From: a virus
Lineage: Duplodnaviria > Caudoviricetes
Direction: 5' to 3' (one strand)
Length of the DNA stretch: 64,000 bases
IMG/VR virus record: IMGVR_UViG_3300012031_000005
Location: 1-64,000 of that record
The notes below the pieces were generated by a model. It saw nothing but the letters and a program-made list of their open reading frames with translations, ran no database searches and had not been told where the DNA came from. Shown here one piece after another: positions 19,201 through 28,001 of this stretch (position 1 is the first letter of the stretch; the number at the start of each line of letters is the position of its first letter). A program made the position numbers and the translations under genes.

Positions 19201-19612
19201 TGTCTAGCCACTGTAGGCATACTGTGATAGCTGTAATGGGCATAAACGGGTCGTCAATCGGAGCCCATCCACGCACTGGGTCGAAGTCAGTTTCGATGTC
19301 CCAAAACAATACGTTTAGCTTAGGGGAATCCTGATTGAGATAGTTTTCACTTAGGCATTGGAAAATTGGATTAATGTCGCTTTCAAACAGTGTCTTGTCT
19401 CTGTTAATAGCAACTTCTTTTCGGAAGTCTTTAGTATTCTTTGCAACAATTCTACTTAGACTATCGCCAAAGATACTCTGATGCTTTCCTTTTGGGTCTT
19501 TGTAATAAAACGTATACTTAACCGGATATTCTACAAAGGTTCGTTTTCCTTCGCGTCTTTCAACAACGCGAATAACGTCTTCTTTTCTATCAAATAATGC
19601 GTCAACGTACAT
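16250..19612 (-). CDS. DNA polymerase B, N-terminal part (exonuclease + palm) with a cis intein and a C-terminal IntN
   Basis: DIETD ExoI, YNRQD ExoIII, DLNSLYPS motif A, KISLNSLYG motif B, YGD|S; start MYVDA with AAGGAG RBS. Confidence 0.95.
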   Translation of the reverse strand: MYVDALFDRKEDVIRVVERREGKRTFVEYPVKYTFYYKDPKGKHQSIFGDSLSRIVAKNTKDFRKEVAINRDKTLFESDINPIFQCLSENYLNQDSPKLNVLFWDIETDFDPVRGWAPIDDPFMPITAITVCLQWLDSMLITLAVPPKGLPLEEARAMCQKRWGDEVILFPNDSKGKGEQDMLLTFLDLLEDADVHSGWNCIGINEQVYLDDRIKTLGNIKKGDTLSNASVVNTFDSGLKQKNVLVDDFGATIDISDEHVIPHYFKDKRKYKNLNTLKLNSVEGNISSIKERMKTQDVYLRQPIHRNTNNAMTYGKLFTENTLPIITTVEEIEDSLKFQQSHLSKEKCISKDEVISADMCRLLGMMFTDGTFDSYGGTYSFCNSNQVLAQAAVDIINNEGIGYVNLINRRKDGCFYVGFSRHNKFSVLRNMIYSESAKKELNVELLSMLSEDQFCAFISGCIDGDGSVATWHAEICNFENQSRKLNVLLKWNGFITTVNDNIVRIKYVAFCKEQLLKIKPLHSKKQKLPALFDKKNSANCKIRWFHDADSNEVIVKVKRIVETDEMIPMGDIETTSHYFVCNGTKVHNSEGYDVPYTVNRIQRVLSKDDTRKFCLWGELPKKREYEKFGKTSETYDFVGRVHLDSLNLYRKYTYEERHTYRLDAIGELEIGENKTVYEGTLDQLYNNDFETFVEYNRQDTALLDKLDKKLKFIDLSNELAHANTVMLKTVMGAVAITEQAIINEAHHRGLQVPNRKKHSTENTQAAGAYVAFPKKGLHLAIGSMDLNSLYPSVIRALNMGPETVVGQLRPDMTDRMVHEAMTLQKKTFAGAWEGHFGSLEYVAVMDKRKDVALTIDWEDGRHDVLSGAEIYKLIFESRMPWMISANGTIFTTEFEGVIPGLLKRWYAERKDLQGMLKKAITAGNKTEITFWDKRQLVKKISLNSLYGAILNPGCRFFDKRIGQSTTLTGRQIVKHMSAEVNKTITGVYDHVGEAVIYGDSVTGDTLITLNDKKISIEDLFNRFDYRVIQDQGKEYAIPRTEMEKENNAVLGYNAFEDEAVFGEIAYVMRHKTKKKLYEIETDDGKKVTVTEDHSLIVDRHGITTEVTPKNLEEDDLIITI
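16253..16615 (-). mobile_element. split intein N-fragment (121 aa, Ser1)
   Basis: YGD|SVTGDT block A, VTEDHS block B, then a stop codon. Confidence 0.9.
17849..19012 (-). mobile_element. cis intein with LAGLIDADG endonuclease in the ExoII region of polB (388 aa)
   Basis: SGWN|CIG ... KVHN|SEGYD; LLGMMFTDG and FISGCIDGDG. Confidence 0.92.
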
Positions 19613-19684
19613 CGTTGGGTATTCTCCTTGTTTATGGCCAATTGTGCCATGCTGCATGTTCGTAAGTGAACGACTCTTTAATAA

Positions 19685-19861
19685 TTATGTTTTGGCATGT
19701 TTAAGCATATACAAAGTGACTCTTGGGTCATTCACGACTAAGCAGTCCTCAGGATATACTCTTTTGTCGCCGCAATAACCAGTCATACAAACAACTATCA
19801 TCTTAGCTCCTAGTTTCTTAACAGTGCCCAGAAGGTCTTTGTGTTCTGGTATTTCTGTCAT
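19685..19861 (-). CDS. small hypothetical protein (58 aa, MTEIPEHKDLLG...)
   Basis: ORF below the track cutoff that fills the gap; AGGA RBS. Confidence 0.5.
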   Translation of the reverse strand: MTEIPEHKDLLGTVKKLGAKMIVVCMTGYCGDKRVYPEDCLVVNDPRVTLYMLKHAKT

Positions 19862-19869
19862 TTTATTTC

Positions 19870-20097
19870 CTAAAAGAATAGTCCTATTACGTAGATCAAT
19901 GTAAGTGTACCGTTTAATACAATCAAACTACGTTCTTTCCACAGCCAAGCAACTACGGTCCAAAGTCCACTGCTGACTACAAACGCAATAATGTAATAAG
20001 GATATATGTTAAATGAAGATAAGATAGCAGCGGTGATCAGCAACGCTGTTGCTAACCACGCCAGCTTCTGATAAGGTTTCTCATCAGGTGCCTTCAT
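19870..20097 (-). CDS. small multi-TM membrane protein
   Basis: Three hydrophobic helices. Confidence 0.7.
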   Translation of the reverse strand: MKAPDEKPYQKLAWLATALLITAAILSSFNIYPYYIIAFVVSSGLWTVVAWLWKERSLIVLNGTLTLIYVIGLFF

Positions 20098-20098
20098 A

Positions 20099-20359
20099 TT
20101 ACTTGTCTGCTCCGATAGTGGTTATGATAGTTTCGAGGTCATCAAAGTCATCGTAGTAATTTTCCCAATCGCGATTCTTAGCAATCTTAATTGCTTTGTT
20201 AATCAACGAGGATTTAATATCTAATTCTTCTGCTACAGCTTTTACGGTGTCTTTAAGACCACCTTTCAAATCTTCAATCTCTTGTAATGCAGTAATAGCT
20301 TCTCTTACTAGATTTTCTAATTTGGCTTTTTCTTCAGGTCCGTAGGTACGATCACTCAT
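20099..20359 (-). CDS. DsbA/GapR-like small dsDNA-binding protein
   Basis: Coiled coil plus LKDTVKAVAEELDIKSSLINKAIK pattern. Confidence 0.6.
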   Translation of the reverse strand: MSDRTYGPEEKAKLENLVREAITALQEIEDLKGGLKDTVKAVAEELDIKSSLINKAIKIAKNRDWENYYDDFDDLETIITTIGADK

Positions 20360-20395
20360 AGTTTCTCCTTTGTGTGTTACTCTAAGTTACTGTTT

Positions 20396-20424
20396 ATTAT
20401 ACGGTTTTTTTGACAGGATGTCAA
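20396..20424 (-). promoter_or_regulatory. consensus sigma70 promoter for the polB operon
   Basis: TTGACA-N17-TATAAT. Confidence 0.8.
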
Positions 20425-21059
20425 CCGGTAAATACTTTTCGATTGTCGAATGCACGGTGCCACCCGAAGAATTTTGCCTTATAGTCACTCTGGTCATCGC
20501 TTGAAAGATCCTTCCATTCAGATTCACGTGCAAGTAGGTTCTTAACACCTTGCTCCCAATCTGTGGTTTCAATAATAATTTCTAACTGCTTTTTTGCTAA
20601 TATAGCAGTTTTGATGTCAGAAAAGTCTTGTTCGATGTGAATTACTTCCATACATATAGCATGAGTGACATAATCTAGTGAAAAGTCAATGCCCCATTTG
20701 GGATTAACACTTAATAGTTTGTTAAGTATAGGGCGAGTTTCGGATACTTCCTGAATACGCTGGCGGGCCTCACCTGCGAATGCACCACGGAATAATAGCA
20801 TACAGTGATCTAATACCAGTCCTTCTTCTGAGTCTTCACTATCGATATACCATGTCTGAACTGGAGCAACATGGTACTGTATATCTTTGTTTAATCTAAC
20901 ACCGTTCGCAATGTAATGCAAATGTTCAAGCTCGGCAGGAACTTCGTAACCGTCTTTATCAAAATCTTTAAAAGGAAGGGTTCTTAATTTTTCATAAGAA
21001 ATAGGAACTGTTAGGAACGGATTAGTTTCAAATTTATTATTAACGTTTGTTAATTTCAT
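20421..21059 (-). CDS. hypothetical protein
   Basis: ORF, 212 aa. Confidence 0.8.
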   Translation of the reverse strand: MKLTNVNNKFETNPFLTVPISYEKLRTLPFKDFDKDGYEVPAELEHLHYIANGVRLNKDIQYHVAPVQTWYIDSEDSEEGLVLDHCMLLFRGAFAGEARQRIQEVSETRPILNKLLSVNPKWGIDFSLDYVTHAICMEVIHIEQDFSDIKTAILAKKQLEIIIETTDWEQGVKNLLARESEWKDLSSDDQSDYKAKFFGWHRAFDNRKVFTG

Positions 21060-21119
21060 ATAGCCCCTGCACTTTTGCCGACGTTGTTATAACCATTTGG
21101 TATAGTCAAGCACTAATTA

Positions 21120-21821
21120 CTAGTTATCTTTTTTCTTCTTGTCGAACTCGCCAAGTGCTTTAAGCAATGATTCTTTAATAGAATCTTTGTTTTTTGTTGA
21201 CGCAGATTCTTGCCGAGGGGCCTTTGCGTTTAAAAATTGTTCGAATTCTCTTGTTAGCCTAGCGTTGTTAAAAATAACGTCTAGCTGAGCAGAATATTTC
21301 TCTATCTTACTCGACACGTTAGAATTAGTTCTAGTTGTTGCAGCCTTTTGCTTAGGTACTGATCCTTTCTTCTCTGACGATTTTCCTTGGTTACTCCCGA
21401 TACCAAACGCCTTTTTAAAATTCTGAGGATTCTTATATCCTTGTTTAACTTCATCGGCGAGTCCTTCTTCGACATCGTCTTCGTCTTCGTAATCATAGGA
21501 TCCTACTAGCTTATCGTCTAGCGGATGATTAGTCCGTCCAGATTTAGCCTTGGGCATAGGAACATTACCTTTAGCATAATCTCCGTTTTTTTGACTCTCG
21601 GTCAACTGTACTCCTGCAAGCGCAGCAAAATCTGATATACTATAATCTCGATCCATGTTTAGCGATCCTGCTTCAACCTCTAAACTCTCTTCCAAGTAGT
21701 TTTTAGTTTCGTTAGTTAAAGAAGCACTTTTCTTAGCAGACTCTTGTAATTTTCGTAGTTCTTCTTGGGTGTTCGAAGGCTCTATGTCATATAGAGTCCT
21801 TTGCAGTTTATTGTAGTCCAT
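21120..21821 (-). CDS. probable virion head/internal protein
   Basis: Multiple L/I/V-x-E-S/G motifs; ALAGV. Confidence 0.6.
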   Translation of the reverse strand: MDYNKLQRTLYDIEPSNTQEELRKLQESAKKSASLTNETKNYLEESLEVEAGSLNMDRDYSISDFAALAGVQLTESQKNGDYAKGNVPMPKAKSGRTNHPLDDKLVGSYDYEDEDDVEEGLADEVKQGYKNPQNFKKAFGIGSNQGKSSEKKGSVPKQKAATTRTNSNVSSKIEKYSAQLDVIFNNARLTREFEQFLNAKAPRQESASTKNKDSIKESLLKALGEFDKKKKDN

Positions 21822-21833
21822 AAATAATTCCTG

Positions 21834-22841
21834 TTACTTCTTTTTTCGAGTTCTTGATTCTTGGAACTCGTCACTAGGCATATTGGTACCTTTACGAACA
21901 CTACCTTGATTTGTTTGACGCTTGTGTGCAGCTTGCATGTACTTTTCAATCATGTCTTGCGGAATGCCAGTTTGCTTAATTATGTCTCTAATACTTGACG
22001 GCCCGGCACTAGTGCCGAAACGAGTAAACGCATCACCTAATGTGCTTAACTGGTTTGATACATTGTCGTCCTTTTGACTAACTGCCATATCCATCATAGT
22101 ACGCCCTAATTCAACTACTTCGGAATTTTCGTTTAGCTTATTTGACCCATTACGCTGACTGGTAGAGCGTTCTGCTAATTTAGCACCCAAGCGACCAGCA
22201 AACTTGCGTCTAACACTTTCAGTTGTTGGATCACTTGACTTAGTTGTTATTTGCACTTTTTTATCAGGATACTTTTTCCTAATGGTCCCCGCGGCTTTCT
22301 TAGCTGCATCAAAGTTTCTAAACTCAACCGGCTGGCCATCTTTTTTCCACAACTTGCCGTTTATTAGCATATAATGTGGAGACATCTTAGACATTTTTCT
22401 TGCAGTGTTAATGCTGCCAGCCTTTTCGTCATCTTTGGTATCGTAAGCAATATCCTTGCCCATCTGGTCGCGCTTGGCCGGTCCGCCCATTACACCCCCG
22501 GACCGATTATCAAATCTACCTTCGCCTACTGTGATCTCACTAGACGGCATTCCGCCTGGCATGTTGATTTCGCCCTTGGACTTAATCTTGTATTCTAGAT
22601 TGTGATACACTGTATCCATGTAGTCTGCGGCTTTGGTAATTTTTGCTTGCTGCCATGCTTCTAGATCATAAGTATCTGGTAGTGTTTTCATTAAGTCATG
22701 AAGTTTTATTGCATACTCTGCAATGCGGTATAGTTGTGATCGAGCCATTTGTAACTCGTGATCAGCGTCGGCTGTTCCTGCTAGATCAGATATTGATTCA
22801 TTCACCCTACTGACTTTTCTTTTAATTTTGGTGTTAGCCAT
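21834..22841 (-). CDS. probable virion internal polyprotein
   Basis: Modules separated by VNES, VGEG, TTES, LNEN. Confidence 0.6.
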   Translation of the reverse strand: MANTKIKRKVSRVNESISDLAGTADADHELQMARSQLYRIAEYAIKLHDLMKTLPDTYDLEAWQQAKITKAADYMDTVYHNLEYKIKSKGEINMPGGMPSSEITVGEGRFDNRSGGVMGGPAKRDQMGKDIAYDTKDDEKAGSINTARKMSKMSPHYMLINGKLWKKDGQPVEFRNFDAAKKAAGTIRKKYPDKKVQITTKSSDPTTESVRRKFAGRLGAKLAERSTSQRNGSNKLNENSEVVELGRTMMDMAVSQKDDNVSNQLSTLGDAFTRFGTSAGPSSIRDIIKQTGIPQDMIEKYMQAAHKRQTNQGSVRKGTNMPSDEFQESRTRKKK

Positions 22842-22866
22842 AGTTTTAATCTCCTAATAATCTTAT

Positions 22867-23538
22867 TTATCGTTTAACCGGCCGCCCACCCATTATGTTG
22901 TCATTGACATCAAGGGCATTTTTTGCTGTACCGTTTTTATTTTTCTTCTGCGGGGCAATCGGAACTCCGTTTTTATCTAATTTAGCTTTAGCTTTTGCTG
23001 CTGTAGGATTAGCTACGCTTGCAACTGCGCCTGCGCTAGTTCCGCCTGCTGTTGCAGACTCTTTAACCGCAGGATCGTCTTGCGGGTTTGGAGTTTCTTC
23101 TGAATCAATGTCGTAAATGTCTTTATAATAGGTCTTAGGAAAAGCATGTACTAACTTTAGTAACTGTTTTACCGGAACGTCTGCACGAATTACGCTGACT
23201 GATGCAAGGGTGTTTACTGCTGCTAGCCATCGGTGGTGACCGTCAATAATATAGTTATCCGAACTTGCAATAATAGGCTTTTCATTCTTTCTTTTTAGAA
23301 GAGCTTTCATAACCCCTTTGTCACTAAACTCTTTTTGTACTGGTTTTAGCGTTCTTGCTGGTAGCCGACCTCGAGTAATAGTAACACCGTTGCTTTCTAA
23401 GTATTTAAGGAATTCCGGATAATCTTTCTCTTTAATTTGTGGCATCTTTCTGCGAGGAATACCAAGCGTCTGTGAAGGATCTGGTTTGTCGATTCGAAAT
23501 TCGCTTAATATGTTCTCGTCTAGGTCGGTTATTTTCAC
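22867..23538 (-). CDS. ParB/Srx-like domain protein
   Basis: PIIASSDNYIIDGHHRWLA; N-terminal MKITDLDE. Confidence 0.75.
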   Translation of the reverse strand: MKITDLDENILSEFRIDKPDPSQTLGIPRRKMPQIKEKDYPEFLKYLESNGVTITRGRLPARTLKPVQKEFSDKGVMKALLKRKNEKPIIASSDNYIIDGHHRWLAAVNTLASVSVIRADVPVKQLLKLVHAFPKTYYKDIYDIDSEETPNPQDDPAVKESATAGGTSAGAVASVANPTAAKAKAKLDKNGVPIAPQKKNKNGTAKNALDVNDNIMGGRPVKR

Positions 23539-23705
23539 TTCTTAATATCCTTTTTATGTCTTAGTGTGGGTGGCCGGCCGTCTTTATCTACTATGTTACC
23601 AAACTTGGCAGCTTGTATCTTTACTTCGTCAGGACCAACATCAGGAGTAGTGTTTACTCCTTTAACAATTCTGCCTACTGCTTCTGTAATTTCTTCTATT
23701 TTCAT
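23535..23705 (-). CDS. small protein (56 aa, MKIEEITEAVGRIVKGVNTT...)
   Basis: Fills the gap; GTGA coupling to the next gene. Confidence 0.65.
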   Translation of the reverse strand: MKIEEITEAVGRIVKGVNTTPDVGPDEVKIQAAKFGNIVDKDGRPPTLRHKKDIKK

Positions 23706-23707
23706 TC

Positions 23708-24022
23708 TTACCTTTTCGGCGACTTTGCACCCATTTGGTCTAGTGATGCATCTATGTGCAGTGCAAGTTCAAAATCTAAATCTGTTAATCCCCCTGCATC
23801 ATGAGTTGTAATAGCAATTGTAACTTCGTTATAAAAGAACATAAAATCAGCAAAATGATCTAATTTTACTTGCGCTTCTTCAATATCCATAAAGAAACGT
23901 AAAGTTTGATTATAGTCATCGAACGTAACCTCTTTATAGAGATAGGTGCCTTTGCGCATTTCCCAGTCAGGAGTATGCTTTTTGCGTATCTCTTCTGCTT
24001 GTAAGGGCTTTAACTTGTTCAT
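23708..24022 (-). CDS. pterin-4a-carbinolamine dehydratase-like protein
   Basis: YNEVTIAITTHDAGGLTDLDFELA. Confidence 0.85.
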   Translation of the reverse strand: MNKLKPLQAEEIRKKHTPDWEMRKGTYLYKEVTFDDYNQTLRFFMDIEEAQVKLDHFADFMFFYNEVTIAITTHDAGGLTDLDFELALHIDASLDQMGAKSPKR

Positions 24023-24249
24023 TTATTGCGTCCTCTAAAAGTAGGAGTCTGATTAAGGTTATTAACTTGTTTAAACCATAAATCGAACCATTCAGGTGTG
24101 CCTGGCGCAAAACCTTGCTCACGTTGCGTTTCTTTAATTTCTGCTGCTTTATAACTGCGTTCTTCTATTGTAATAGCAGGGGAGTATTCCTGATACCCTT
24201 TAAACTCGTTTACTCCAGCCAACTGTTTAATTCGAGCTAATTCATCCAT
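24019..24249 (-). CDS. hypothetical virion-associated protein
   Basis: MDELARIKQLAGVNE; PGTPEWF. Confidence 0.7.
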   Translation of the reverse strand: MDELARIKQLAGVNEFKGYQEYSPAITIEERSYKAAEIKETQREQGFAPGTPEWFDLWFKQVNNLNQTPTFRGRNK

Positions 24250-24250
24250 G

Positions 24251-25594
24251 TTAAGTAAGAGGATTCCATTTGTTTGTCACACTATCCCAACATAAATTTT
24301 GTTGGCGGGCAGCTTCGTTAATACTTGCATGTTCTATTCTAATCATTTCAGCAATGGACTCGTACGCAAATTCCTTCCCGGCTAACTTTGTGCCAGTGTA
24401 TTCTTGTACAATCTTCCAAACAGCTTGATCCTGTCCGTCGTCAATAAGACTTCTTACCTTGTCGATTAATGCACTGTCATCATTCTCTTTAGCTTTTCTG
24501 TAGAACTGAACTAACTCCATCATTCCAATATTACCAGTATATGATGCCATCTCATTAGTACCTCGATGCACTTTAGAGCAAGTGTTTTCTACTTGTAGCA
24601 CTTGATTAGAAGTTTGAAAGTTCTTTTTACGCATTACAGTCTTGGCAACAAGATCAATACCTTCGCCAGTTTCGTCCCAATTTAAAACAAATGGTAGGTT
24701 TATATCAGTGGACATAGACTTAATGACAGCCTGGGCCTCTGGCCTCATCTGTGATATCTTCTGTCCCCACTTGCGATAGGCATTATTAAACAGCGTAACA
24801 ATCTCAGCAATAGTAATTTTCGGACTGTTTCTTGAATGATTAATCTGATTAAAGAAATGTCGTGTAAATATAAAGTCAATGTCTAAACTAGAAAATAATT
24901 GATTAAGATACTTTTCTAGTTTTTGTAGATCCTGACCAGTAACATCAGGTGTGGACGTATTCTGATCGTCCTCAGAAGTTGCAACTTCATTTGACCCTAG
25001 CGCATCGTCTAACAATTTTGCCGCTACGCTACCATTTTTTCCGTACATTAATTGTGCGGCCTTCGACTTGTCCTGGCTGCTCATAGTCGGCCAACCTGAT
25101 CTAAGTTCGCTGGCACTTTTAATCTGCATTCCGCCGAAGTCAAAGTCAACAGCAGGACCGTATACCATGTAACCCATCTCGTCAGCAGTGTTTAAATCTT
25201 TGCCGGCATAACTTCTTAAGTAGCCGGGCTCACCGTTCTTTTTTATTTGGTCTGGCTTTGGATGATTATCTTTGTCTTTTGTGCTGCGTACAAATACCAA
25301 AGCTGAGTTGTCATCAATAAGTTGTTTGTAACTAGCTGCATTAAATGGACTTTTAACTTCAATGAAGTTGTTTTGGGGTACTCCCGACATAATTGCAAGT
25401 TTTTTCTTTACATCGAACGGGAAAGGTCTTGATAAGGTATCACTTGTTGCAGCAACATAGACATTAGATTGTCCAAAACTTTTCACAGCCCAGTCGTATA
25501 GACTTTTGTGCCCAGGATGGAAGGGATGAAATCCCCCAGGCATTATTGCCACTATACGTTTTGCTTTAGCTTCATATAATTGTCTTAATAACAT
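24251..25594 (-). CDS. HIGH-class nucleotidyltransferase with extra C-terminal domains
   Basis: MPGGFHPFHPGH, SASELR; further module FTRHFFNQIN...KTVMRK. Confidence 0.8.
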   Translation of the reverse strand: MLLRQLYEAKAKRIVAIMPGGFHPFHPGHKSLYDWAVKSFGQSNVYVAATSDTLSRPFPFDVKKKLAIMSGVPQNNFIEVKSPFNAASYKQLIDDNSALVFVRSTKDKDNHPKPDQIKKNGEPGYLRSYAGKDLNTADEMGYMVYGPAVDFDFGGMQIKSASELRSGWPTMSSQDKSKAAQLMYGKNGSVAAKLLDDALGSNEVATSEDDQNTSTPDVTGQDLQKLEKYLNQLFSSLDIDFIFTRHFFNQINHSRNSPKITIAEIVTLFNNAYRKWGQKISQMRPEAQAVIKSMSTDINLPFVLNWDETGEGIDLVAKTVMRKKNFQTSNQVLQVENTCSKVHRGTNEMASYTGNIGMMELVQFYRKAKENDDSALIDKVRSLIDDGQDQAVWKIVQEYTGTKLAGKEFAYESIAEMIRIEHASINEAARQQNLCWDSVTNKWNPLT

Positions 25595-25603
25595 TCCCTG
25601 TTC

Positions 25604-27160
25604 CTAGTGTGGTTGCCATCTTTGTCTAGGCACAAGTTTAATCTTTGAATCTTGTGCTACGTATCCCTCACCGCCTCGCACTCCGTCAGTGCTTGCACTA
25701 ACGTCACTATCTGCGCTATCTAATTGATCGATCACATTATCTTTAACGGCCATGATTTCTTTAACTAATCTAAAAATTAGTGGAATAGCATTAGGTGACG
25801 CTTGTGCCATATCAATAATTTTCTTTTGTTTATTAGCACTTACTTTTGAGTTTTCGAGCCACTTAAAGAATCCAGTTTCTAGTCCTGCTAAATTTTTTGC
25901 CTTGCTAGTTTGATTTACATAAGTGTAAATTATGTTCTTCATATCAGACAGTCCTTTGATCGGAGCTAGAAATTGATCAATAATTGGAGCAAACTTTTTA
26001 GCGTCTTGTCGTATCCTATCAATACCAGAAGTGTCAATTTCTGGCTGGTGAGTTACATAGGTCTGACCTAAAACAACTGCATCCCTGCTGGCTAATTCAT
26101 TAACATCAGTAATCGGAGTACCGTTTTTACTTCCAAACTCGCTAAACTTTGTGTGAACAACAACACCAACTCTACTAGCTGCAATGCGCTTACCAAGCTC
26201 GCTATCGCTGCTCACAGTGTATTTAACTTGATTAGGAGTAAACTCAATTCCTGCCTTGGTCGTTTCAAAGGGATCGCGTGGAGTATACAGTAAGTCCCCA
26301 AACACATACCCTCGAAACTGCGGCGGAGTTGCTCGCTGCATAATTTTAAATACCACACCCATGCTCGAAGCAAACTCTGCTCGCTTAGGATCACCCTGGT
26401 CCTTGCCGGTGCTATTAATAAAATCTTCTAGCTGTTGAGCAGAAGTGGCTTTGATCCTACCCCATGCGTTCTTATTGACTAACACAAACTGCCCTTGATC
26501 ATCACGCCCCCAGTAGACCGTTGGCATGCCATCATACTTAATACTTACGTCAGAACTATCGGATCCTAGTTTGTCTAGTATGTCTGCTGCTTTGATTGCG
26601 CCTACGCTACCGTCAACAAAAACTAGGTCTTCTAGATGTTGATATTCTCGCCCAACAGTAGCTTCCGTTAATTTCTTTGATTCTCTAAGTGCGTCGACGT
26701 TAAAACGTAATGACATAACACTCATGAACTTGTCAAATTTTGAAATATCATTAAATACAAACAGTTGTGAGTAAGAAGTGTTGCTTAAACGGGTATCTGG
26801 GTACTTTTTATTCTGTTCGAACTGGTATATTGTTATGCCGTTGCTGTCAACAAAGATTTCTAAAAGTTCTAACGGAGTCGTCGAACCAAATAGTCTCATT
26901 TGATTATTACCTGTGTAGAATGCAAAAGCAGGAATATACTTGTTGCCCACAACTGGCTTTGTTACGCTTAAACTTAGCAGCTTCTCTACTTGTTTGATTG
27001 TGCGTTGATCAAGATCTTCGCTTAGTAGTTTACCGGATATTTCTGCATCCACAACCTGGAGGTAATCCAGTACATTTAATACTCCGTTAATATCTCTAAA
27101 CGATTCAGGTACCTCTTCTAGCGGAAGATTTTTAATTTTGCTAAACTCAGCAAATCGCAT
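25604..27160 (-). CDS. RNA-ligase-like nucleotidyltransferase (DUF6267-like) with an N-terminal extension
   Basis: HLEDL, SIKYDG (KxDG), GDLLY, GEGYV, KLVPR. Confidence 0.65.
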   Translation of the reverse strand: MRFAEFSKIKNLPLEEVPESFRDINGVLNVLDYLQVVDAEISGKLLSEDLDQRTIKQVEKLLSLSVTKPVVGNKYIPAFAFYTGNNQMRLFGSTTPLELLEIFVDSNGITIYQFEQNKKYPDTRLSNTSYSQLFVFNDISKFDKFMSVMSLRFNVDALRESKKLTEATVGREYQHLEDLVFVDGSVGAIKAADILDKLGSDSSDVSIKYDGMPTVYWGRDDQGQFVLVNKNAWGRIKATSAQQLEDFINSTGKDQGDPKRAEFASSMGVVFKIMQRATPPQFRGYVFGDLLYTPRDPFETTKAGIEFTPNQVKYTVSSDSELGKRIAASRVGVVVHTKFSEFGSKNGTPITDVNELASRDAVVLGQTYVTHQPEIDTSGIDRIRQDAKKFAPIIDQFLAPIKGLSDMKNIIYTYVNQTSKAKNLAGLETGFFKWLENSKVSANKQKKIIDMAQASPNAIPLIFRLVKEIMAVKDNVIDQLDSADSDVSASTDGVRGGEGYVAQDSKIKLVPRQRWQPH

Positions 27161-27481
27161 TTAGTAAGCTCCATTTCTTATCTGAGTTAATTCTTCTGCA
27201 AATAATTTGTCAACAATCGCTCGTTTGTCGTCTTTCTTAAATACTCGATTAAGACTGCCTAATTGAAACTGATCGCAGTAAGACTCCATTGCACTCCCTA
27301 CAGCTTGCCCTAGACATTTATTAGGGTCAATATGTTTTTTTGAATCATGCAGATCTTTCATTTTCATTATAGCAGGAAATAACGACTTGCGATAAATTAT
27401 AGGATCATTTCTCATGTAGATAATGACATCCTCGACAGTGCCTTCTGTATCAAACGAGTCTTCAAATTCTACTAATCTCAT
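27161..27481 (-). CDS. hypothetical protein
   Basis: ORF, MRLVEFE start. Confidence 0.75.
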   Translation of the reverse strand: MRLVEFEDSFDTEGTVEDVIIYMRNDPIIYRKSLFPAIMKMKDLHDSKKHIDPNKCLGQAVGSAMESYCDQFQLGSLNRVFKKDDKRAIVDKLFAEELTQIRNGAY

Positions 27482-27517
27482 AATATTTCCTTTACCGCTA
27501 GACGATCATTTGATTCG

Positions 27518-27991
27518 TTAATCCTCATCTGACTCTTCCTCACTTGGAAATGTGGACTTGTCCTGCCACTGATAACTGATTTTGTCTTCATCAATCGGCC
27601 CACCTTTTGCCCAAGTTCGACAAGCTCTTGCAGAATGGCACTTGAAATGATGCATCCAGCAGTATCCTAACTCGCCATCTTCGTCTGATGTAGGCCCTGG
27701 CAAACAGTCATTCATTCTTTCAGAAATATCAAATGCTACACAATTACCGCAAACACTCGACTTTGCTGCCTTTACTGTTGTACTCCAAAACTCTGCAATG
27801 TCTTCCCAGTATGTTCCTGGTTCGTCTACATTAAGAGGTCCGTACTGAACATGCTCTGCTTGTACAGCATCGTTTCTATTTATTGTGTTTATTTTCAAAT
27901 CTTTTGTTGCAGGGGGACACTCCATCTTTGCTTCTATTAATCGCAAAGAAAATTCTCTGTTTTGTACTGCTGCTACGTCTTGCATTCTCAT
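27518..27991 (-). CDS. Cys/His-rich metal-binding protein
   Basis: CGNC...GYC...KC....C.TW; start MRMQDV. Confidence 0.7.
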   Translation of the reverse strand: MRMQDVAAVQNREFSLRLIEAKMECPPATKDLKINTINRNDAVQAEHVQYGPLNVDEPGTYWEDIAEFWSTTVKAAKSSVCGNCVAFDISERMNDCLPGPTSDEDGELGYCWMHHFKCHSARACRTWAKGGPIDEDKISYQWQDKSTFPSEEESDED

Positions 27992-28001
27992 AATATTTCC
28001 C

